A stretch of DNA of 62,396 nucleotides, filler included, from Reclinomonas americana ATCC 50394 (lineage: Eukaryota): NCBI GenBank assembly GCA_048213135.1. It is 4 parts of 2 records of this genome, joined end to end, with 100 filler letters (N's around TTAATTAATTAA, not from the genome) between each part and the next. Parts side by side here need not be neighbours in the genome. Positions count along the whole stretch, not along the records: positions 21,058 to 51,891 come from PS015082.1; 3 more parts are not named here. One strand, written 5' to 3'. Numbering within the stretch: the first letter of the stretch is position 1; every line of letters begins with the position of its first letter. This document shows positions 37,901 through 48,565 of the stretch, piece by piece. Below the pieces are notes generated by a model that was not told the DNA's origin, did not search any database, and saw only the letters and a program-made list of their open reading frames with translations. Both the position numbers and the translations under genes were made by a program.

Positions 37901-40900
37901 GAGACACGGTGTCAGTATGAATGCAAATGAGCATCCAGTGCCTTAAGAACACACCTTCAGTGTGATGCTCTGTGACAGCGTCACGGACAGCGCAGCAGAT
38001 GTCGACGCCGGTGTGCCAGTGATCGACGCATTCGTCACAGCAGCGTGGTTGGTCGGCGAGCCAGCACACGTGCCATTGCTTGCCACCAGNNNNNNNNNNN
38101 NNNNNNNNNNNNNNNNNNNNNNNNNNNNNNNNNNNNNNNNNNNNNNNNNNNNNNNNNNNNNNNNNNNNNNNNNNNNNNNCGGACAGTGCAGCAGAGGTCG
38201 ATGCCGGTGTGCCAGTGATCGACAGATTTGCCACAGCAGCATCGTTGGTGGGCGTGCCGGCGCACGTGCCGTTGCTCGCCACCAATCGCACAGCCGTCAG
38301 CTGGTCCAGCGTCGTGCCGGTCAGATTCACGGCAGTCGCATTGTTGCCGATAATCGATGTCGGAGTGACATTCGTCACAGTCACTGTGTTGCACGAGCAC
38401 ACAGCAGCTGTCAGTACACGCAACAGCCACTTGTTTCTGCACCACCAAACAATCAATCGCGTAACTGATTGTGGATGTGATCGAGAATGTCGAGTCGATC
38501 CACACTGCACTGCCTTGTTGCACGCACAACTGCGCACAGAAGACATCACGTCAGCGTTGACGCACATGAACAATACAAGTACCATTCCGAACTCACCTTA
38601 AGTGTGATGCTCTGTGACAGAGTCACGGACAGTGCCGCCGAGGTCGATGCCGGTGTGCCAGTGATCGACAGATTTGCCACAGCAGCATCGTTGGTGGGCG
38701 TGCCGGCGCACGTGCCGTTGCTCGCCACCAACCGCACAGCTGTCAACTGGTCCAGCGTCGTGCCAGTCAAGTTCACGGCCGTCGCATTGTTGCCAATAAT
38801 CGATGTCGGGGTCACATTCGTCACAGTCACTGTGTCGCACAAATCACACAGAAGCTGTCAGTACACACACCCAACTTGCTTCTGCACCATCAAACAATCA
38901 GCCACGCAACTAATCGTGGATGTGATCGAGAACGTCGAGTCGATCCACACCGCGCTACCTTGTTGCACGCACAACTGCGCACAGAAGACATCACGTTAGA
39001 ATTGACGCACATGAACAATACAAGTACCATTCCGAACTCACCTTCAGTGTGATGCTCTGTGACAGAGTCACCGACAGTGCCGCCGAGGTCGATGCCGGTG
39101 TGCCGGTGATCGACGCATTCGTCACAGCAGCATGATTAGTCGGCGAGCCAGCGCATGTGCCGTTGCTTGCCACCAATCGCACAGCTGTCAGCTGGTCCAG
39201 CGTCGTGCCGGTCAGATTCACAGCCGTCGCATTGTTACCGATAATCGATGTCGGGGTCACATTTGTCACAGTCACTGTGTTGCACGAGCACACAGCAGCT
39301 GTCAGCACACGCAACAGCCACTTGTTTCTGCACCACCAAACAATCAGCCACGCAACTGATTGTGGATGTGATCGAGAATGTCGAGTCGATCCACACCGCG
39401 CTACCTTGTTGCACGCACAACTGCACAGAAGAGACACGAAGTCAAAATTGACGCAAATGAACAAGCAAGTGCCTCAAGAACTCACCTTCAGCGTGATGCT
39501 CTGTGACAGTGTTACCGACAGTGCCGCCGAGGTCGACGCCGGTGTACCAGTAATCGACGCGTTAGTTACAGCAGCGTGGTTGGTCGGCGAGCCAGCACAT
39601 GTGCCGTTGCTTGCCACCAATCGCACAGCCGTCAGCTGATCCAGCGTCGTGCCGGTCAAGTTCACGGCAGTCGCATTGTTGCCGATAATCGATGTCGGGG
39701 TCACATTTGTCACAGTCACTGTGTTGAACAAGAAAATGGCTGTCAGTACACCGACCACTTGCTTCTGCCATCAAACAATCAGCCACGCAACTGATTGTGG
39801 ATGTGATCGAGAACGTCGAATCAATCCACACTGCGCTACCTTGTTGCACGCACAACTGCACATAGGGGACACGACGTCAGAATTGACGCAAATGAACAAT
39901 ACGAGTACCATTCCAAACTTACCTTCAGTGTGATGCTCTGTGACAGCGTCACGGACAGTGCCGCCGAGGTCGATGCCGGTGTGCCAGTGATCGACAGATT
40001 TGCCACAGCAGCATCGTTGGTGGGCGTGCCGGCGCATGTGCCGTTGCTCGCCACCAACCGCACAGCTGTCAACTGGTCCAGCGTCGTGCCAGTCAGATTC
40101 ACAGCCGTCGCATTGTTGCCAATGATCGATGTCGGAGTGACATTTGTCACAGTCACTGTGTCGCACAAATCACACAGAAGCTGTCAGTACACACACCAGC
40201 CACTTGCTTCTGCGCTATCAATCGATTAGTCACGCAACTAATCGCCGACGTGATCGAGAATGTCGAGTCGATCCACACCGCGCTTCCTTGTTGCACGCAC
40301 AACTGCACAGAGGAGACACGACGTCAGAATTGACGTAAATGAACAAGCAGGTGCCTCAAGAACTCACCTTCAGCGTGATGCTTTGCGAGATAGTCACCGA
40401 CAGTGCCGCCGAGGTCGATGCCGGTGTGCCAGTAATTGACAGATTTGCTACAGCAGCATGGTTCGTCGGCGAGCCAGCACACGTGCCATTGCTTGCCACC
40501 AGTCGCACAGCTGTCAGCTGGTCCAGCGCTGTACCGGTCAGATTCACAGCCGTCGCATTGTTGCCAATGATCGACGTCGGCGTCACATTCGTCACGGTCA
40601 CTGTGTACGGTGAGTGCACATATTGAGTGAAAAGCCCAACACAATTGACAGCAGGGGGATACTCAACTAATGACGGACGCGACGGTGAATCCAGAGTCCA
40701 GCCACGTGCTGTTGTTCTGCTGGACACACAACTGCAAAACGAAACGGAACTCTAAACTCAGCCATCTCGGGCGACCACATGAGCACGCCAAGCTGCACAA
40801 CACTAAGTGAACCTTCAGCGTAATGTTCTGCGAGATCGTGGCAGACAGCGTGGCGGTGGTCGAAGCAGTGCCTGTGACAGTCAACGCCGTCACCGATGCG

Positions 40901-43900
40901 TCGTTGGTGGGCGTACCGGTGGTGCAGCTGCCGTTGGTGGCAATAAGCACCGCGCTCGTGAGCTGGTTGAGTGTCGTGCCTGTCAAATTCAGCGTGGTCG
41001 CATTGTTGCCAATCACAGACGTCGGCGTGACGTTGGTGACGGTGAGACCCACAGTTGCTGTGGCAGCAGAGGGTACGGTCGTGAGTGGCAAGCAAGCAAA
41101 CGAGTGCGTGCACAGATGCAGCAGCACCTGAGCCGGTAATCGTGTACGTCTTCGTGAAGCACTTGCTGCTGTTGTCGACACCACGCACAATGACCGTGTA
41201 CGTCCCGACCGCCAAATTGGCAGCAGTCAAGCGCAGCTCATTCGTATTGGCGACCGTAAACGACGACTGGTCAGCACCACCGACGACACTCCACGTGACA
41301 GGCGCTGATGCTTGCGCCGGTGCAGTCAGTGTGCCAACGAGCTGGTTAGCAGTCGATGGCGCACTGAAAGTCGACGACGAAATTCCAGCATCCCAAGCCG
41401 GTGCTTCATCTATCAGTGTACGCACGAACACGAATGAGACTGGAAGGCGGCACACGGCTCAGGATGGCAGCAGGGAATCAACTCACTGGCATACAATGTA
41501 TACGGTCCGTTGACGGCCGCAAACGTGCCCTTTGGCGTAATGTTGCCAGCCTTGCCAAACACACTGGTGAGTCCTTGTGTGTTGGTGAACAGCGACTTGA
41601 TGTAGATTCTGTCCATACATTGTCATGACGATAGTAGGTCAGCACGAGGATTCAAACGATCAGTACACGGCAAAAGCACACTCACGTTCCTGCCGCAATG
41701 TCAGCCGCAGACGCTGTAAACGTCGACTGGCTTGCGTTCAGATTCGATGTGTCGGTCTTGTCGCCAAGCGAAGTGCTCTCGTCGTTGGACCGGTAGATGC
41801 GAATGCTGCACAGCAGTCCTCGCATGAGTTCATGGCACTGTGTGTGCGTACGTGTAGAAGCATGACATACCCGCGTGTCGCAATGCCACTCTTGCCGTCA
41901 AGAGACACGCCGCCGTCGTGAAGCGGGTGATTCAGCACCACCGAGATGTCAGAGCATTGGTTGCCGACCACGGCACTCGCAATGTTCGAGAACCCAAACG
42001 GCGGCACTGCACCAAATGTCATCAGCGTGAACCACACAGGCGCCCACTACTTTGCGGGCAACAAACACGCACCAGCAATATTTGCAGTTGCCGTGATGGC
42101 CAGTGAGAACTTGACGCCGGGGGTCGACGGCAGAATGCGCGCCTACAATGACAACAGGTGAGCCTCCCGAGTCAAGATATCCAACTAAGAGGCAGGATAA
42201 CGCAACGTAGATGTAGGCGCGGTAAGTGCCCGCAGCTGCGTTGGTAACAGTCACACGCTCCTCCAGGTTACGCGTGTCGGTGTTGGACATGATAGCAGCC
42301 GAGCCGCTCACGGTATTGCTCGTCGGGAAGCCAGTCAGTGAGTTGCCGATCTGCACCAGTGTCTCGACGCCGTTGTCGACACGCACCAGCACCAAGTTCA
42401 AATCACTGCATCACACAAACGAAATCAATCAGCCTGCCTTGGGGAATCACAACGCGCGGAGCGCAGGAGACAAATGACGCAACTTGAGGATTGCAATTGC
42501 ACCAGACACATTGCCGAACTCAGTCCACGCCAGCGTCATGCGAAGCTGCTCATATATCACGAAACGACAGTCAGCAGTGAGCGGCAATTTTTTCGTCATC
42601 ACGGTGAGACACGCAACATTCGCAGTGCCGGTGAGGATGAAATTGTAAACGCAGCCGTTGGTGAATGAGAACGGAGTCGCCCATTGCACTGTGTCGACCG
42701 CGGTAATCGTCGAGCCTTCGGCTTCAAGCGCGTACGAACGCGGCGACACAGAGTTCGGGGACATAATGTTGTTCAGCTTCACAAGACCGTACCCTGCGGT
42801 CACCGTCGATTGCGGATGCGTTAGGCGACGGGAACAAAAGTGCAAATGGAAAGGTGACACGACCACTGACCGAACAGGTACGACTTTTGCAACTCGGTGA
42901 GAGTCGAAATCTGGTACTGGAAGAATGTCGGTGGGTTGTTGGCCGAGTTACTGGCATCGCCACCGTAGTAGCCGGTGTCAGGCAGACGATCGGCAGAGTT
43001 GATAAGCAGAGCGCGCATCAGTGACGCCGGGGGCTTGGTGAATGGCACCGCGTTTGTGCCATTGGCGTTGGGCGCCATCGGATAGCTCGTTGTCAGGTAC
43101 TCGCGGAGGAGAGCTGTGTTTGGGACCATAATTAAGAAGGCATTGTGCACGGCCAGCTTCGCATTGTAAGACGCACCAGCAACACCGGCAACAGCAGCAG
43201 TGGGCGGGAACTCCGAGGCAATAGAAAAGCGCTGTGACACGTTGCATGCAGCGTCGTTATCCAGACCGACATGCTTGCACACGTTGGTGCTGGTAACTGC
43301 GCATTCGCTGGCGGTAAGAACCGAGCTACAACATACAAATGGTCAAGTGTGCACCACAAGCGACGCACTTGTACGACTTCCAGATCCACACGCATTGGTG
43401 TCCGGCGCAAGCGACTGGTCATACGCAAACGCAGAGCGGACGGCCTGTCCTGGAGCCACCACTTGGATTCCGTAACGTCCGTCAATCGGCGTGCCCGAAG
43501 TATATCCACCGGCAGGGCCTGTGCCACGAAACAACAACGTGAGAAGAAGCACAACACAGTAATGCTGTGCGCACAGTTGCGCCAGACCTGGCACGGAATA
43601 GTACGCCATGTCATCCTGTGTACAAAAAAACCGTCAACTTTGTCAAAAACCCACAAACCGAATTGTAGTCAGGCACACACGAGCACATCGACTCAACGGG
43701 TGTCCACACGACGCCAGTCGTGTAGTTTTGCTTGTAGTCCGAGCGACTGGCGCCCACCGTAAGCGAGTTCTTCAGCAGACCAATGCCACGCACGGTGCTG
43801 ACAAATGTCGCAAAGCTGGCACCGTTCCACGGAATGTTTCCCGGATTGACAATGCCGAGCATGTTCTAATACAAGCAGTGTGCAGCTTCGGATGAGCGAC

Positions 43901-46808
43901 GAAAGTAAGCGAGAATGAGCAATGAGTGACAGCAGTCACACCGTGGCATCAGGGTAGTTTTGCGCGGCGGTGGTACCCGAGCATCCACTGAGACAGCCTG
44001 CGTTGTTGGTCAGATCACACGCCACTATTGAAGCGACGTGAAGAGTGCGACTGCCTACCAGCGTAGAAGTGATCGTACACACGCTCGGTGGCACTGTACG
44101 CGTTCGATGTTGTTGATTCACTGCGCACGCGCACAAATAGCAAGTTAGCGGTGAGTATGAAATGGTGGTAGGAGACCAGGATGAGACAGAGAAAATGGGG
44201 ACTCACCCATGCAGCACGATGTACGCTCTGCAAAATCACGCATAGAATTAGAAGAAGAAAATTTAATAGAAGCGAGGGAGTGAGAAGACAAACGCAACTG
44301 ATTCTGTAACAGATGACGTAGAACGACATGAACACGTTAGCGAACCCCGAAAAGACACACACAAAGCACGGACGTACGAACCGACATCAAATGACCCATC
44401 ACATAGTTGAGCGTGGCACTGGTGTACCGGGGAGTAGTCGCCGTTCCGGTCAAAAAAGTAGTAGTGCAACCGGTGGTGGGAGTGACGTTGCAACCAGTGT
44501 CATGAATGATCAGCTTGGCGTCGGTAGCGATGCCGTTGAATCCAGTGATGAAATTGTTCGCGTCATTTGCGTTGGCATTACCGGAGATGGTACCAGCCTA
44601 CAACACAAATACAAGATCAGCTCAGAGGCGAGTTCAAGTCCTCCTGCTGCGGCAAAGCAAACCATGTGGGTTCCGTTGGATGGGGATGGTGCATCGAACT
44701 TGTCTGTGTACACGCAAAAAAACAGGCGCGGACAGTGCGAGAGTTAGTGATGCAGCGTACACAGACACTGTGCACAACCCTCTCACTCACCGACAAGGTT
44801 GACGTACACCAGAATCTGTCATGGCAAGCATACGACAAGCAAAAGTCAGTCAACATCACTCAACCACGGCAGAGCGCAGTGCAGCATGGCAAACCTTGCG
44901 GTGATTGGTGTTGACAGTGGTGTCGCTGAAAATGTTGGAGCCCGTAAACGTGCTTCCGGGCACACTGAACGTGACTGCACTGTTCGGATCGTGGAAGAAG
45001 CAGTTGAAGTAATCGACGCCGGACACGTTCATGCCTGCAGCAAACGGAGTCAGCAAAACAGTTATCGTGTGATACACGCCCAGCAGATGCGCACCGATAC
45101 GCTGGTTCTTGCCCGACAACACGCCGACAAACGGTGCCGTTCCCACGGTACCAGACTGCACAATGCCGATGACCGACGAGTTGCGCGTGGAGATGTTGGA
45201 GCGTGTGTGCGAATCGGTGACGGTGGTCGACACACTGGTGGAATCGGCGGCAACTGGCGCAGCCGAAAGCTGCTGCTGCTGCTGTTGCGGCATAAAGTTG
45301 GCTGGAGAAATATCTTCCGGCACGCCAATCGGCGACTCGATCTGGGGGCCGGAAGTGAAGAATGAGAACAGGTGCGGGACCGCAACAGAAACGTGTGCGG
45401 CAACCGAGACGCAACGTAAGCAAACATGACGTTCGGCAGCGACAATACTGCGCTCACGGCGCGCGGCATGTCGTAAAAGTCGCCAAAGTTGAGCGCCAGC
45501 ACGCCATGTGCACCGGCCGTCACGTCGGCCAGTCGCGCTGTGGGAATGGGATTCAGCACAGTGCATTGCACTGAAAAACTTCATGCATACCACACACACT
45601 CACCCCGAATGCCGTGCTCGTTAAAGGTGACCATCAGGCGCTCGGCAAACTGCTCTGGCGAGATACCGTTCGGGTGACGCGCCACCTCAATGTGCACAGT
45701 CGCCCACCGGTCTCCGAGCGTCTCGTCGTCCTTCATGAAGCGCGACGCACGCGATCGCAAATGCCACGCATCATCCCACTTCTCACCACGATGCAGCAGC
45801 ATGGCACGCACATGCGCCTCCACGTCCTTGGTCGACTCGTCCACCTTTAGCGCAGCAGTCCAGTCACCAACCCAGGCAATGTCATTGCCCATGCGCTCAC
45901 GCAGTCGCTCCACCGCCGCGTCATCACAAATCACGCGGAATGCGCGCTGCACACACAGAGAGATAGAGAGAGAGAGAGATTGTCGAGTCAAACCACATGC
46001 GCTCCGCACGGGCACACATTGCATTCACTCACTCACCTCATGAAGATAGTCGATGGAGATGTCATGAATCGTGCTCCCCTTGGGCGCCGACTGCACGGAG
46101 CGCAAAGTGAGCGTGAGTGATTGGGAGGGAGAGAGTATGTGTGGGTGGGAGAGAGAGTGTGAGAGAGGCGTCCATCCGCACGTGTTTGCGCCATTTTTCC
46201 GGCACGAAGCATGTGGCGCAGCATGCGCATGTCGAGTGGTAAAGGGAGGAAAAGACAGCGCGAGTGCGAGAGAATAACCACACAGATAATACCACAAACA
46301 AGCACGTGAAAAAGCACACTCTCTCACGCACCGCGTCATGACAACAAACAAACACACACAGACATGAATCTTGCATTCACGCAACTTCCAGGATAATGTC
46401 AACCATGCGCAACGTGGTGGCCGGCTCCACACGCACATGATTACGCAGCGCAATGATGCGCACACGGAGGCCCGCAGTGGCGGCAGAGACGTGCAAGTCG
46501 CGCACCATGCCATCTGCAGCATCTCCGCCCTCTCCACGCACACGCGCGCCCTCCGCCTGCACAGTCGTCACGCGCGTCGAGTGCCACTGCAACTCCGGGT
46601 GCAACTCCGGCGGGCGGTCGAGCGGGCCACTGGTTTGCAGAGAGAGGAGACCCGCCACCACATGCGCAGTGTCCGCGGGATACGACCAGCCTCCGCGCTG
46701 CACCATGTGTGTCGTCTCTTCAGCATGCTGTGGCAACACCGCCACACACAGTGGCGCGATGACAAGCAGCAGCGCCACTGCGATGGCCACCAAGTAGGCG
46801 TGACGCAT
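28269..46808 (-). CDS. Giant type-I membrane glycoprotein: signal peptide, inactive KP-43-like S8 subtilase with C-terminal beta domain, FN3-like and cadherin-like domains, about 20 TIG-like repeats, FN3 domains, TM helix, short tail
   Basis: Signal MRHAYLVAIAVALLLVIAPLCVA. S8 motifs NGTHMAGTISG, KNSLTVGAS, DGRYGIQVVAPG, PASLMRALLINSA, GYGLVKL, LRMTLAWT, RNLEERV. Cadherin-like NEAP...VGTL...YTVIVRGVD. TM YCILLIVVGCGVVAFALYAGL (~28680-28745). The exons I checked between the subtilase and the repeats join in frame; there are two N gaps inside. Confidence 0.82.
32947..41055 (-). repeat. Tandem array of about 18-19 two-exon units (~440-450 nt period) encoding ~100 aa TIG/IPT-like domains
   Basis: Recurring large exon (TVTNVTPTSIIGNNATAVNLTGTTLDQLTAVRLVASNGTCAG.PTN.A.V...ITLK) plus small exon (LCVQQGSAVWIDSTFSITSTI). 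Central units also share near-identical intron sequence. Confidence 0.95.
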
Positions 46809-47073
46809 ACTCTCTCTTCGCTCGGAGCAATGCGTCGTGGTTTGATGTTAGATTCACCCGACTTCGCGATAAAATTTCCTTTCGGGTGTGAGGCGACGGC
46901 CAATATTTCTCGCGGAGTACACTTCTCTCGACTGCGCATGCTTATGCGCACTTGTGCACTGGTGAGACACGAGAAGGCGCTGCTTGTTTCTTCGTGTTGT
47001 CTGCTGACCGCTTTTGGGCAGTGGTCTACCGTACTTGACGAACTTGGGCAACATTTGCATTGCACGTGGTTTT

Positions 47074-48419
47074 TCACTCATGATCAACAGCGGTCTCTGC
47101 GACGTCGCCGTCCACCAGGAGTACGCGAAGAGGGCGGTCATGGTCCACGCCATGGACTGTCCGGTGGAGCACCACTGCCGGGGATGATGGAGAGTTGGCG
47201 TATTGCTGCAGGTCGCAAGCTGCCATGCTGTCTATCAGCAAGGTGAGCGGAACCTCCCCGCTCACCTCGACGGCTTCTGTGAGCGCGAGTTCCACGCGCT
47301 CAAGCATGATGCGCGTGCTCTCCGGCAGCATGTGACCCGGGCACTGTTCTGCCTCGGCGCCGTCTTCGTCTGCCGCCACCAAGCGGACAGTGAGTGCGGC
47401 CACGTAGTGTCCGACCACGTCGAGCACAAACACGTGCGGCAGCGGCAGCGGGCCTTGTCGCGCGTCGGGCTCGGCGTACGTGTACAGTGGGCGCGCCTCG
47501 TGCAACGAGAGCAGGAAGGCCGGTTTGCACACGTTCCGTTCTCCCTCCAGTACACACAGACCGCCAACCGGTCGCTTCCGGTTCCGAATGGTGTCGGCGT
47601 CGAGGCGACTCAACTCGAGGAACCCCAAGCGAAAGTCCACTTGCATCAGCGCCACGTCACTCACATCCTCTGCTTCCTCCTTCAGCACAGGTGGTGGTGG
47701 CACACACGACTCCTCCAAGTATGTGCGCCGATCAATCGCCGAGTCGCCACACCACTCCAAATAGAACTCTCGACTCGCCTCCTCTCGCCTCTTGGAGCTC
47801 ACATCCACAAAGCGCTGCCGATACAAGGTCACACCCGCCGAATCCGCATCACCACTACGCAGCCACGCCGCCAACTCAAACACCGCCACCATACTCCTCA
47901 CAAACATGTCGTCGACCGCATGCCCACAATGAGCAGCATAGTCGCGTCGCCACGCCAATGTGCGCCGCATGCATCGTGCCACCGTCGGCAACACACACTC
48001 GGGACACACAGCGCGACGCAGTGCACGCATCAGGCGCGGCACGGAGAGACGAGTGCGCGTGGCCACCGCGTGATGCACAAACGCCGCCAGGTGAATGGCC
48101 GCAGCAGCAGAGGTCCACCCACACAACTCCACACCGCGATCGCCCAACAGTGACTCGCTCAACTCAGCAGCCGCATCGCAGTGCTGGTCGAATCCCTTCA
48201 CCGCGACAATCATTGGACAGGAGCGAGGCGTCGTCCTGTGAACGTTACTTCTTGTTGTCAATTAGTGTGAGCGATGCCAGTGGGCCCGCACCTGCACCGC
48301 GTGTTCCTCCAACACGCGGTGCCTGTGGCGCCCTCATCAACCACCTCGCCAACCGCCGAGGCCATTGCCTCTCTCGGGGTCGACGCACTCATGTCGATGA
48401 CCTCGCCGGCCGCCAACAT
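47074..48419 (-). CDS. Unknown protein, possibly a divergent CRAL-TRIO/Sec14-like lipid-binding protein
   Basis: 395-codon open frame plus a likely upstream exon. RCMRRTLAWRRDY and MLERVELAL....GEVPLTLLIDSM weakly recall CRAL-TRIO motifs. Confidence 0.4.
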
Positions 48420-48565
48420 TGCCGCCTCTGCAATCGGTGTGAAGCCAGTGCCGTACCTGCTTACACACGCGCAGTGGTGAGTTGACGCGCACTGTGGATG
48501 GAGTGCGGAGTGCTGAGAGTGTGACTCTGTGTGCAGGATTGCGTTTGTGCGCGACTTGGCCGCGC

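Noticed and set aside
32947-41055. Regular repeat array as a CRISPR array or satellite
   Set aside because: The ~445 nt units are protein-coding exons with splice signals and synonymous variation; there is no short repeat-spacer structure and no cas gene.
47203-48485. Long plus-strand ORFs (316 aa and 363 aa) overlapping the 395 aa minus ORF
   Set aside because: They look like antisense shadow frames of a GC-rich coding exon, with R/H/P-biased composition and no motifs.
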